The notes under the pieces: model-generated
Seen by the model: the letters and a program-made list of their open reading frames with translations, nothing else
What the model was told of the DNA's origin: nothing
The model's database searches: none
Made by a program: the position numbers and the translations under genes
In this document: in pieces, positions 1 through 11,230 of the stretch
Layout of the letters: every line of letters starts with the position of its first letter
Position numbering within the stretch: position 1 is the first letter of the stretch
NCBI RefSeq assembly: GCF_036365525.1
Contig: NC_090404.1
Coordinates: 4,464,001-4,528,000 of the forward strand
Direction: 5' to 3'
From: Heterodontus francisci
Taxonomy: Eukaryota
Length of the DNA: 64,000 nt

Positions 1-76
1 TAATATCTGCCACGAGTGAGTATTTCTCATGTGTCGGCCTGGAGTTAGAAGGCGATCTGACCACAGGACTGTAATA

Positions 77-625
77 AGAACATAAGAATAAGAGTGGGCC
101 ATTCATCCCCTCGAGCACGTTCCGCCATTCAATTGCACGATGGCTGAATTGTATCTTAATTCTGTTTACCCATATATAACCCTTAATACCCTTACCTGTC
201 AGAAATCTATCACTCACAACATTAAAATTTTCAATGGATGTCAAGCTTCTAAAGTGAATTGGGGGTGAGAATTCCAGATTACCACTATCTACTGTGTGAA
301 TACTCCCTTCCTGATATCATTCCTGAATGACCATGGTCTAATCTGAAGGTTATGCCCCCTTGTTCTGAAGTTCCTCACCAGAGGAAATATTTTTCTCCAT
401 TGACTCCATCAATTCCAGTAAACATCTTAACCACCTCAATTAGATCACCCTTTAATCTTCTCTACTCAAAGCAATACCAGTTTGGCCTGTGAAACCTGTC
501 CTCATAACTTAACCCGATCAGCCCCGTTATCATTATGGTCAATTCTTGTTGCACCACTCCCAAGGCCAATACATTCTTCCTGTGCTCTGCAGTCCAGAAT
601 TGAACACAGTTTTCTAAAGAGGGTA
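77..625 (-). mobile_element. CR1-clade LINE 3' fragment in the CH2-CH3 intron
   Basis: LENCVQFW motif and CR1-type 3' UTR, degenerate. Confidence 0.7.
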
Positions 626-977
626 GATGCTCTTTCTGGCACCTGATTCCGAGGCCGTTACCAAGAAAGGGTTCCAGATGCCGATTGCTGCTCCGTGTAT
701 GATTAGCCCATTCAGGATAAAGCTGATATACAGGCCACCTCACTCACTATATAACATCACAGTAGAGCTAAACATTCTTTCATGATGTGATGACATGTTG
801 AACCGTGAGCAATCCTAATTTCTAATTTCTAAATCCTAAACTCACAGCGAAATGACACATAAAAACTGCACGATGGCGATTTAGAAATTGTTCTTTGTAC
901 AAACTCCAATAAATTCCTGACTTTCAGTAACATGGAGTACAGAAAGATGTGGAGTTTCCTGGGACTGTGCCTCTTAC

Positions 978-1295
978 CTGGAGATCCGGTGATGTTTCGG
1001 CTTTGGGTGACCGCTTGATGGGAGACCTGGCAGGTATAGACCGTGTTGGTGAACCATTCCCGAGCGGGGACTGTCAGCCGACTGGTCGCTGAGAAGTTCC
1101 CGTTCGTTTCACAGGCGGGAGAGGTGACGAAGCCCGATTCCATGGGATGTCCATCCTTCAACCAACTCACGGTTATTGCTTCTGGATGGAAATCGATGAT
1201 TGAACACACGACAGTCGCAAATCTGCTGCTTCTGATTTCTTCACTGGAAGTCTGGGTGAGGATAACAGTTGGATGGACGATGTCACCTTTACAAT
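978..1295 (-). CDS. IGHM: IgM heavy chain constant exon CH2
   Basis: Acceptor ttcttgaAG (1297-1296) and donor GTaaga (977-976), phase 1. Open frame [15 protein letters not shown]...[21 protein letters not shown]...YTCQVSHQ...NITGSP, a C1-set Ig domain with canonical C, W and YxC. Confidence 0.96.
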
Positions 1296-1507
1296 CTTCA
1301 AGAAAAAACATGTTAGACATTTCGAGAAGAAATTAATAACTAATACAAACTGTTCTTATATTTTAACAGGTTATTTGCATCAAGCAGGCACTAACTGATG
1401 TTTCCAGCGGTCTGAACTGTGCACAACACTCGAAATGTGGAATAGCCAAAGTTCTACACAAGATCCGTCGAGCTTTTCTGTTTTTCCACAGTTTCCACAA
1501 CACTAAC

Positions 1508-1804
1508 CTGGAATTTCCTTGATCCAGAGCGACTCTCCGCGTCGAACCTCGCAGTAGATTTTGCTGCTTCCCACCTCTGACTCGGTGATGGTTAACTGGC
1601 TGCTCAGGGTGTAGGTTCCCTTCTTGTTCAGCACTGACGGGTAAGTCTTCAAACCAGTGGTGATCGGTTCTTCACCTTTCTTCCAGGAAACGCTGGTGAT
1701 TTGGGGGATGTAGTCCATCGCCAAACAGCCGTAGGCCATGGAGCCGTCGGTGTTGGGTTGTTCACAGGAGCACAGGCCGTAAAGGGTTGGGGGAGACGGT
1801 GTCG
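1508..1804 (-). CDS. IGHM: IgM heavy chain constant exon CH1
   Basis: Acceptor tttcctAG (1806-1805) and donor GTtagt (1507-1506). Open frame [34 protein letters not shown]...SWKKG...[17 protein letters not shown], typical shark Cmu1. Confidence 0.96.
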
Positions 1805-3269
1805 CTAGGAAAGAATGGCAAATTGAACAAGTTAGACTGTGATTCATGCTTATTAAATAACCAGACATCTCGCAATTCGACTCCAGCTGGAAACTGATTC
1901 CAACATTTTCCGATTAAAACCTTCATCCGCATTTGAGCTGCGATCAGTTACATCATTTGGTGATCATCACCTGTCGGTCCCCTGGTCAGGAACACACCTC
2001 TCTTTCAGGACCTGTCACATTACAAAAGTAAGAGCCTTTTGAAGTTATCTCAATAAGGTATTTTTCATTGGATTAAACTGAAAGAGGAGTTTCCCCGCTT
2101 TGTTCGGCCAATATTTATTTCTAAATCAACAACACTTGGTCAAAAAACATGCGGCATTTAATTTTTGGAAATTTCTTCTCTGCAAATTGACTTCTGGGTT
2201 TCGCCGCACCTCCACCTCCTCCCAGCACCCCTCCCCACCACCAGCAGACCACCCCGCCCCCCCAACCCCCACTCCCCCTCCAAAAAAATAGCAACTACTC
2301 CTAAAAAGTGCCATTGGAATGCGTGCTTATGAAATGAACTTAATACTGTAAACTTGAATACCAGGCAAATTCATTCCATTATTTTCCCATAAAAACCTAC
2401 AAAACATCCGAACATGCTTATGACCCAGGGTGATAAATTCATAGACATGATAGCTGAGAAGAAGGCCATTCGGTCCATCAGGCCTGTGAAAGATGACCTT
2501 CCAATTTGTAATCTTTTCAAAATTTCATTTTATCCAGCTATTTTAGATTCTATTTACAGCCCTCTTTCTGATTGGACATTCCAGATCCTAACAACCCCCT
2601 GTGTAGAAAAGTAGATTCATACCCTCTTCCTTCATTCTTTTGACGCTGATTTTAAATCAGTGCCCTCTACAGACCAACTCACTGATCTGGGCAAATTGGT
2701 ATCTGAATTTCTGTATAAAATATTCATTATTCAAAACACCACTACCAGACTTCATTTTAATCTTCTATGTTCCCATAATAATGAAGAACTTTTACAATAA
2801 ATAGTTGAAGTCTACTTTAAAATATGGACTGAATCATTTAGTACACAGATTTCAGAGGGGAATTTTTACACAGCCTAGTTTCTGGAATTAAAGTTTTTAA
2901 TGACTCGGCAATTACTCTAAGCTATCACTTTCCTTTTCAGTACTTGAAGATTGTGACTTCTGTTCTATATTATTCGACTGAATGGATTCTCTGGAGTTTG
3001 CTTCTCCCTCCAACTCAAATAATAAACCGAATTAAATCCGATTCCTAAAAATCGGTCATTTGGACTGATGCGCTTTAAATGGTCCATTTAACTTTCCAAA
3101 GTATCTTCCCACCCCTCACCAGTGAGAACTGGTGTTGCTGACTGTGTCGCTACAGACACATCTTCTTGCTGCTTGCACCGACCGTATTGTAAACATCAGG
3201 ACAGGTTTCTTCTACAAATATCTGATATTGTCATTACTTACACATTATAAATCGAGTGAATATCAGTCG

Positions 3270-3384
3270 GTAACAAAAACAAGAAATGCTGGATTCACTC
3301 AGCAGGTCTGGCAGCATCTGTGGAAAGAGAAGCAGAGTTAACGTTTCGGGTCAGTGACCCTTCTTCGGAACTGACAAATATTAG
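3270..3384 (-). mobile_element. Penelope-like element terminal repeat
   Basis: Same ~110-bp sequence (aaatgctgg...cagcaggtctggcagcatctgtgg...gttaacgtttc) adjoins the GIY-YIG/RT Penelope fragments at 59.5 and 60.85 kb. Confidence 0.7.
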
Positions 3385-3559
3385 TCGGTTCCAGGCAAGG
3401 AAGGACAAAAGTTCCTGAAGTGTTATTGCTGACATGGTCAACTCTCACTTCTGATTTGTGCGGACAATTCAAACACCTGAGGCCCATCGGTCTGATATTG
3501 GAAGCTCGCTCACCAATATGATGTGAAAGAGGATGCCGGTTATGCTGGCACAACAGTAG

Positions 3560-4685
3560 GACATATGGGCTTTCAAATGGCATTAGATAACATGTCAGGT
3601 AAGAGAACATTCGGAAAATGGAAGCGCGTGGCTTAAAGGGGTCTCAGTAACCTGTTCAGGGATAGGAAACAGAGAGTGACGGTGAACCAATGATTTTCTG
3701 ACTGGAGAGAATTAAGCATTGTGATCCCCCCTTGGGTCGGTCATAGGGTCATTATTATTTTTGTTAAATATAATGACGTGGTATTGGGTATGGGGCGTAG
3801 AATTTCGAAGGTCAAAGACGATACTAAACAAATAGTGAGCAGGATAGTATCAGAGTTCAGAAGGACATGGGCAGGTGAAATGTTCAGAGACAGAGCAAAT
3901 GCAATTTAATGCGGTTAAATGTGAAGTGCTGGACCTTTTGAGGAACATCACGGAAAGTTAATGCAATCTAAATGGTCCGATATTCAAGGGGTAGAAATGT
4001 AGAGGGACCAGAGTTTCATTTTCACAATGTTTTTTTTCAAGGTCGTTAAGAAAGCGAATGGAATACTTGGTCTTGTAAAATGGAGTACGAATTACAAAAA
4101 ACCAGGAAGTCATATTAAAGTATTACTAATCACTAATTAGGCTGGAGTATTTTTGCACAATTCTGGCCGTCACACTTTCGAAAGGATGTCAAGGCATTGG
4201 GGGGAGTGCAGAGGGAGTTTACCAGACTGATGCCAGGAATGAGGGAGTTCAGTTATCTAGAGTTATGATGCGAGATAATTGTTCTCGTTAGGCGATTACC
4301 GGTTAGTTTTGTTCAAAATTATGGGATGTTTTGATATAGCAGATAAGGAAAAACTATTTCCTCTGAAAAGTGGGTCAGTAACAAAATAATTAATTGTCAA
4401 AAAAGAGCGTGGGCGGGTGGTGGCTGCGGGAACAGGTTTCTTTCCTGACAGAGGGTGCTTTTCACAGAAGCATTGAACGATTACACCACAAAAGGAGGCC
4501 ATTCAGCCCGTCGTGTCTGTGCAGGTTCTCTGCAGGCGCAACCGGACATATCCTCGAAGGACATTAATTTGCGTGGCTATGAGGGAAAAACTGGCTTGTA
4601 AGATTAAATTGGAGAGCGCTTTGAGAGCTGACACAGGCATGACGGGCTGAATGGCCAAATTCTCTGCGAGAACTTTCTATCATTC
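3560..4685 (+). mobile_element. Degenerate CR1 LINE RT/3' fragment in the J-C intron
   Basis: Remnant CR1 RT motifs (DDTK, KCEV, QFW-S-H) and 3' tail. Confidence 0.7.
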
Positions 4686-5399
4686 GACCCGACTCAGTAG
4701 GATGAGTTATCCCCAATTTAATGGGATGAAAAGCTTCATAAATTTGAACATCACTGTGACATATATTTTGTTGCTTTTTATAATGAAAGAGGGTTTTTAA
4801 AATAAGAGGTTCTGAGCGATTTTATTCAAATTAGTCAATCAGATACTGTCAGAGACTTAAAGCATATTGTGATTGACATTGATTGCAAGCGAATTGTATC
4901 ACTTCAAAAATTTCAAAAGAGCTTACTTCAGTGGCTGTGTGCCCTCTGCTGTGACACAATCCAATAATTGCCTATCACCAGAGTTTATCACTCACTGTCA
5001 CCTTTTGAAAATACTTGAACTAAATAATGATTTCAAACATGAGAATATCATGATGGTTATTCGGAGCGGAAGTCTCGACTATCTCCACTTAAAGCGCCAA
5101 AATAACTTCCAGTCTCCCATCAGATCAGAACAGGCGTTGGTCTCTGGAGCGTTACAATCACTTCCTGAAACTGTTTGTTCTGAAAGTGCACTCAAAATCA
5201 GGCCAATCGCATTCAATAATTATCTGAAACTTAATATGTTTAAATATTATTAATTCATTAAAATTTGGCCAAGAATTATTATTAAAATCAATTCATGTGC
5301 GTTGTTTCATCTGGACAAATGAATAATTTATATTCATATATCTGGGTCGAGAACTCACAGCTTATGAGTTAGATGCAGATTGAGATTCCTTGAACACTG

Positions 5400-5800
5400 T
5401 GGGGAAAACATTCTCAGATCAGGTACAGGACAGTTAAGCTGCAAAGTAAAGATCCCTCTACACGGCCCTATCATGAGTTGTAATCTCAGACATTGCCAGT
5501 GTTATATTCCGTAGAAAGCTGCCTCTACACTGCACTGTCACTCTGGGTCAGGTACAGCATCAGTTTAATATAAAATAAAAATTCCCTCTACGCTGTCCCA
5601 TCAAATATATCCAGGACAGGTTCAATCCGATTTAGATACTGAGTAATTCCTCCCTCTACGCTGTCCCCAACAAGTAGTCCCAGAACAGTTACAATATAGA
5701 TTAAACATACAGTAAAACTTCCTCTACATTGCCGAATCAATCACTCCCAAGGGAGGTACATTACTGATTACAAACGGACCAAATCTCCTTCTACAGTCCG
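5400..5800. repeat. Degenerate ~65-70 bp tandem repeat (core CCCTCTACACTGTCCC...GGTACAG...TTAGATACAGAGTAAA)
   Basis: CCTCTAC(A/G)-like core recurs near 5455, 5522, 5585, 5653, 5721 and 5788. Confidence 0.75.
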
Positions 5801-8800
5801 TCTGTTGTGTCTCTGAACTGTTATTTCTGACTGCCACAGACTGGAATTATGATCTCATTGCTGAGGCGCCTCATCAAACTTAAAGTCAAACTTTTAGGTT
5901 TCTCGGGGGTACAAGTTTCTTAATTAAATGGATCAAGTTGCACTCCTTGAAATGAAACGAACCAGTCTGTTTGCAACCTGCAGGGAGGATTCCTCGTCCT
6001 GACACAGTGAGCAGGCGCACAGAAACAGAACAGACACAAACGGTGCAACAATCGGGCTCTCAGCAGTTAGATCTGTTCAATTGTCAATTTCAATGAAGCT
6101 GTTTTATTCTAATTCATCAATTGTCAAATTGTGACCACTCCAGGTCTGTATACTCTTTGAAATTAAACTGATATTCATTTCAAAAACTCCCTTCGACCTC
6201 CAACTGTTTCTCCCTGTCTGTTTACAATCTGAAAAGCATGTAAGAAAGTTTCGCTTAAAATGAGTACATCAGAAGAATACACATTCAGGAAAATTAGATG
6301 TCCATAACCTGAACTCAGTGACAGAGTAAGAATTTAGCAAATCAGGAGATATTTATCTTGCAAACTGATTACCCACTGGTTTGATACAATTGCAGAATTC
6401 AATTTTACAAAAAGAAATAGTTGAACCACTGCTCAAAGTTAATTCATTAAAATCTGCGGTGACACTTGACTGAGCTGAGAACAGCTGACTAAGAAATGTA
6501 TTGTTCTCTAAGTTATTGCCAGACATAATGAAATAATCTCTCCGATTCTTGAGATTTTGCACTCATTGGAATCCTGGCAAGTATACTATTGAATTGTGTG
6601 AGGCCATTTATGTTTAATGAATTAGCACTATTATATTCTAAGCTAATATTCATGTTAGCTGATTTTATACTGTATTTATCATTTATAAATAAATGCAAAT
6701 AAATAAATTAGTTAATATTACTTCAAGACCAGTTTCTGCCTGGCACCTTGTGAAATAATGGAGTTTTAATTAAGTCATTATGACACTTTATCAATATTAA
6801 ATAATCAACGTCATATTAATAGATGAAAACCTTCAGACAAATATATTACTTCATGCTGAAATCGAATCACAGTGCAATAATATAAAATGAACAATAACTT
6901 CTAGTCCCGCCATGCTTTCTCTCCACAAACTTGTAAACTGCGCAGGTATCTGAATGCGTTGATATATTATAAGCTCCTTCCATTCTCAACGAGTACTTCA
7001 CACAATGGATTTAGCCTGGCCCGGGTCACATGTCACTAACTGGGCTGCAACATAGCCTGTTTGTGAAAGCAGCTCTCCCGTGTTTAAATATCGTTATAAA
7101 TCTTAACTATATGAGATAAAATATCAAAAACATCCGGGCAATTTGCGATCAGTAACTGTGCTGCCACTATTTAATCACACGATGTTTTTAGATTTTACTC
7201 CCGTAATTCACACAGTCCCTGTAAATTAATTGCAAAATATATTGTGATTTTTATTGAACGAAGTTCCAAAATGATCACTGCAAAACTGGACGTAAACAAT
7301 TCTTTCAGATCATCTGTGACATTGAAACCTAATGAGCAAATGTAGCCGAGATTTGGCGGATCAATTTAATATTTATTAAGAATTAAGCATAACTCTCAGG
7401 TATAATCTGTTCTTTGTCTATCATTCCATCCTGCGTGCAGCACAACTATGGGAGACAGGATGTTGTTACTGAATTCAAAACTAACATTAAACTTTTGTAA
7501 TTAATTGAATCTGCTTGAATTTCCAGGTGTTATTTGTTTGTCTTTAGCCTTACGCAGTCTGCAAGTTTCTTCAACTTAAATAAAATCATATGCACAATTC
7601 TTTGACTGCCATTGACCTCTTGTCCCAGGAAAATGGTTAATATTAGATTAGTGATAATTATCTCACCATCCAATAACAAATGACATTGAAGAAAGAACAT
7701 GGAAGAACATGAATGCAAAGAATGTAATAACCGGACAGATATATTACACTGACAAACTGCAATTTACAGTGCCTATTTAAGTTGGAAGTAAATACAAGCT
7801 GACATTCACCTGTTTTAATCAGGAATATCACAATTAATTTAAAAGTGCTCATTAACCTGAAAACAGCACTGGAATAAGTACACTCTTATTGAAATAATTT
7901 CAAGCATAATTAAAAATAGTCTCCAGCCATAAAGTTTTCCGGTCACGACAATTGTGCGCTTGGCACACCAGAACTGTAAAAGACGATTCTTGAATAATGA
8001 ATCGATATTAATATGAAAGCGTATTTGGTTTATATGAGGACATATTGCCGCATTATAATTGTTTGAATTGTATTAATTTTACTCTCCAATCTGCAAACCT
8101 GCTACTTATTCAGTTTGTAATTGCAGTAACATTTCACGGATTGAAGGAGCGTTACAAACCATGGCTTTACAGTTCAATCTGCAATTATCATTTAAATGTT
8201 TTAAGATGCCTTGAAATATCTTTTTTTTTATTTCTGAAATCTGCCTGTTATCCGGCTTTCGAATCGTCTTTGAAGCAAATTCAAACGAATAGAATGTATC
8301 CATTTGATCAGAAAACCTGCAGTCGCTCGATGTCACCCGGGTTCAACAAAGCAGAAACGCCAAATAGTTTTACAAATTTTACTTTGGAACACAGAGACAC
8401 ACTCTCCTCAGCAGATAAGCTCCAACTCACATCACTGAGGGGCTGAATCCCGCCTCAGTACGTTTCAAGGCGAAGCAGCTTAACTCCACAATCACTTTCA
8501 GTAGAATCAAATGTAACATCCCAAAAAAAACATCTCAATACAGAATCCACCGAGCCTGCCTGTCTCTGAATTACCAAATATATAAAATAATGGCAGCAGA
8601 TTTGTTAGGACAGAGAGCATGTTTAATAAATTAATATTGATTCTGTAGCATATTTCATTGATATTGCCTGATATCACTGCATTATTAAAAGTGAGGTTAT
8701 ATTAATGTAAATCTGGCCAAAGCTGCAAATTTGTTATTTATGTAATTCTTAATTACATCAAAATTTATTGTATTACATCTGAGCATTCGTAAGCAGTAGA

Positions 8801-9276
8801 TTGATAGATAGCAATTTAATTACCACAAATAAAAATAGATCAAAATATCAGAAGGCTATTTTTGACCACTGAAGCTTTCTGCAAAATTTTATTTCAAACA
8901 TATTTAAAGACTTATTGTTTCTATTAGATCAGAAAACCTGCAGCAACTAGATGTCACCCAGATTAAACATTGCAGAAACGTCAAACGGTTTAACAACAGT
9001 TTGGTATTTAAAGTAGCCCAAACACTCAGTCCCATCAACAAATAAACAACAAATCACATCAATCTGGAGCTGAATCCTTCAACAGTACCGTGTGTAAAGA
9101 AACCATTAAGTTCTTTAATCCCTTTGCAGCAGAATCACATAAAACATTGCAACAAATTCGCAATATAGAATCCACCAAATCCACTTTTCAGTGAACGAAT
9201 GTATCATTACAATAAACAGAAATATAAAATTAAAAACACAGATAAAACAGTTAATGAATAAATGTATGTTTCTTAC

Positions 9277-9324
9277 CTGCAGTCACCGTCATCATGGTCC
9301 CTTGTCCCCAGTCGGCAAGATAGT
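9277..9324 (-). CDS. IGHJ: IgH JH segment (YLADWGQGTMMTVTA)
   Basis: WGQG motif, donor G|GTAAGA at 9276-9275, flanked 5' by an RSS. Confidence 0.95.
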
Positions 9325-9363
9325 CACAGTGTTACATTCCGTGGGCTGGGTCACACAATAACT
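9325..9363 (+). promoter_or_regulatory. JH recombination signal sequence (23-bp spacer)
   Basis: CACAGTG 9325-9331, 23-nt spacer, ACAATAACT 9355-9363. Confidence 0.93.
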
Positions 9364-9689
9364 GGCTCTGCACAGAATAGTGAGAAATCCATTATTATTT
9401 TAAATATCCACACTCCAGAGGCAAAATAAAATCTTGATGGTTCTTTGTAAAATTATAACTGCGTTAATAATTCTTTTCACTCTTTCTAAATTTCCCTGAT
9501 GTTTTATATTTCACACAGTAACATATCAGCAATTATTGAAATCACCAACTGATGAATGAATAATTAATCAGTTTATCCAAAATAAACCGTGCTAGGAGGA
9601 CAGTGCTGGACACAAATAGTACTTCACTGTCTATATAGTTGGATTGTCAAAGCGAGCACTGACCCAGACTCATCAATTAGTGCTGAGGA

Positions 9690-9752
9690 AGTTTTTGTAT
9701 TGACAGTAACTGCTGTGCCACCCACACAGTGAGACATACCGTGTCAAATACT
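9690..9752 (-). other. IGHD: IgH D2 segment (TGGGTGG, 9718-9724) with 12/12 RSSs
   Basis: On +: AGTTTTTGT-12-TGCTGTG, then ccaccca, then CACAGTG-12-TCAAATACT. Confidence 0.9.
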
Positions 9753-10062
9753 GCGGCGGACTGTCAACTGTAAAATAGAGAGATTACATTTCACAGCGCT
9801 CTCAAAAACATGATTCCGATCCCCTAAGAGTGCATCAGTGAGATAATTCAGTTTATACCAGTCATTATATTTATAAAGAGATCGGAATATTTCTGAATCA
9901 TCTGTGCTGATTTAGCGTGACAGTCAACATTAATAAAGCAGGAGACTTTTATACAATTTTACAAATCTATATTGTATTTCCCCAATTTTTTATTTAATCC
10001 TCATTGTTTACGGAACATCTGCCGTGTCAGTGATCGCTGGTTTGAGCAAACTCCCTGTCTGG

Positions 10063-10143
10063 GGTTTTTGTATGAAGAACTCGCTCGGTGCACCACCGTG
10101 ACCCACTGTCGTACCCACAGTGACACGAACCTGCACAAATACT
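10063..10143 (-). other. IGHD: IgH D1 segment (GGTACGACAGTGGGT, 10101-10115) with 5' 12-bp and 3' 22-bp RSSs
   Basis: On +: GGTTTTTGT-22-CACCGTG, 15-nt D, then CACAGTG-12-ACAAATACT. The 12/22 arrangement is characteristic of shark D1. Confidence 0.92.
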
Positions 10144-10523
10144 GCACTCACTGTCCCGTACTGCCTCCCAATATTCACTTCAAATAGAAATTCACTTCTG
10201 ATCTAATTCAGAATATATCCAAAAGTTTACACCATGCAGTCGGAATTGAACCCAGCTCCAAGTAACGCCCTCCAGGTTTCACTCCCATTAAAAAACTAGC
10301 ATCTTATCCAGATCTGCAATTGCTGACAGTGTTAACATTAAAAATCAGCACAGCCAAAATTACTCATCAGTTAGTGTCTTAGATTTGTACCATTGAATTT
10401 TCACTGTGCTAGTTCTGTGAGAGACAGTCTATGGCCTGGTTCTGAACACCGCCGTTAATATTGTATTTAATAAAATTACTGACCGTCAGTTTATGATGGA
10501 AGTTGTCGAATTCTCTCTCCATA

Positions 10524-10562
10524 TGTTCTTGTACATGTCCAGCCCTGGTTCCTCTCATTGTG
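10524..10562 (-). promoter_or_regulatory. VH RSS (23-bp spacer)
   Basis: Minus strand CACAATG, 23 nt, ACAAGAACA directly after YYCARG. Confidence 0.92.
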
Positions 10563-10868
10563 ACCCTCTGGCACAGTAATACATAGCGGTGTCTTCAGTC
10601 TTCAGGCTCTTCATGTCCAAAGTGAAGATGTTGTTTGAAGTGTCTTTGGACGCAGTAAATCGATCTTTAATCCCTGGGGCGTAGTAGTTGCTGGATGAAC
10701 TATAGTAGTGAACCAGCCACTCCAGCCCCTGTCCGGGAACCTGCCGGACCCAGCTCATCCAGTTGCTGTCAAGAGTGAACCCGCTGGTTTTACAGGTCAG
10801 TCTCAGGGAGCCTCCGGGTTTCCCAGTCTCTGCCTCTGGCTGAGTCAACACGACATCCGAATGGACAC
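10563..10868 (-). CDS. IGHV: IgM VH exon, intact germline V segment
   Basis: Acceptor ttttaaAG (10870-10869). [30 protein letters not shown]...[13 protein letters not shown]...[33 protein letters not shown] with no stops. Confidence 0.97.
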
Positions 10869-10995
10869 CTTTAAAAAATATCAAAAACCCCGAGGATTAA
10901 TCCTGGTGAAATGATTGTTGACTCTGTAACACTTCAGAGAGAGACTAACACTGAGACGGTAACAGTGAGAGACTCGGACAGTAAAAACTACTCAC

Positions 10996-11041
10996 GGGAT
11001 AAGAAAACCAGTAACAGACTGAGAGAAATCGCCGACCTCAT
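10996..11041 (-). CDS. IGHV: VH leader exon (MRSAISLSLLLVFLS)
   Basis: ATG at 11041, 46-nt hydrophobic exon, donor GTGAGT at 10995, 127-nt intron, splices in frame to the VH exon. Confidence 0.93.
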
Positions 11042-11131
11042 CCTTCTGGCAATTTGGGGAAAATGGTTCTGACAAGAACTCACTGAGCAAACCGGCTCCC
11101 GCACTGTTGTATTGCAGTCCCAGTGACCGGC

Positions 11132-11230
11132 ATTTAAATACCTGGCAGAAGGGGGCGAGGTTACAGGCGCCGCCTATTGATTCCCTGACAGAGGCGGTTA
11201 CTGGATCCACGTCCCACCTTCCACATCATC
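11132..11230 (-). promoter_or_regulatory. VH promoter: TATA-like TATTTAAAT and upstream CRE-like TGATGTGG/GACGTGG; no octamer
   Basis: TATTTAAAT ~91 nt 5' of the ATG. No ATGCAAAT/ATTTGCAT seen in 11042-11300. Confidence 0.6.

Noticed and set aside
6003-6045. CACAGTG in the J-C intron as an extra RSS
   Set aside because: No nonamer at 12 or 23 spacing and no adjacent J or D coding sequence.
6693-6700. Octamer ATGCAAAT as an Emu-like enhancer (also ATTTGCAT at 1373-1380)
   Set aside because: Single 8-mers in very AT-rich DNA are expected by chance; no convincing motif cluster.
9277-10868. Germline-joined (pre-rearranged) IgH gene or IgNAR/IgW
   Set aside because: V, D1, D2 and J are separate with intact RSSs, and VH and CH1/CH2 are IgM-type.
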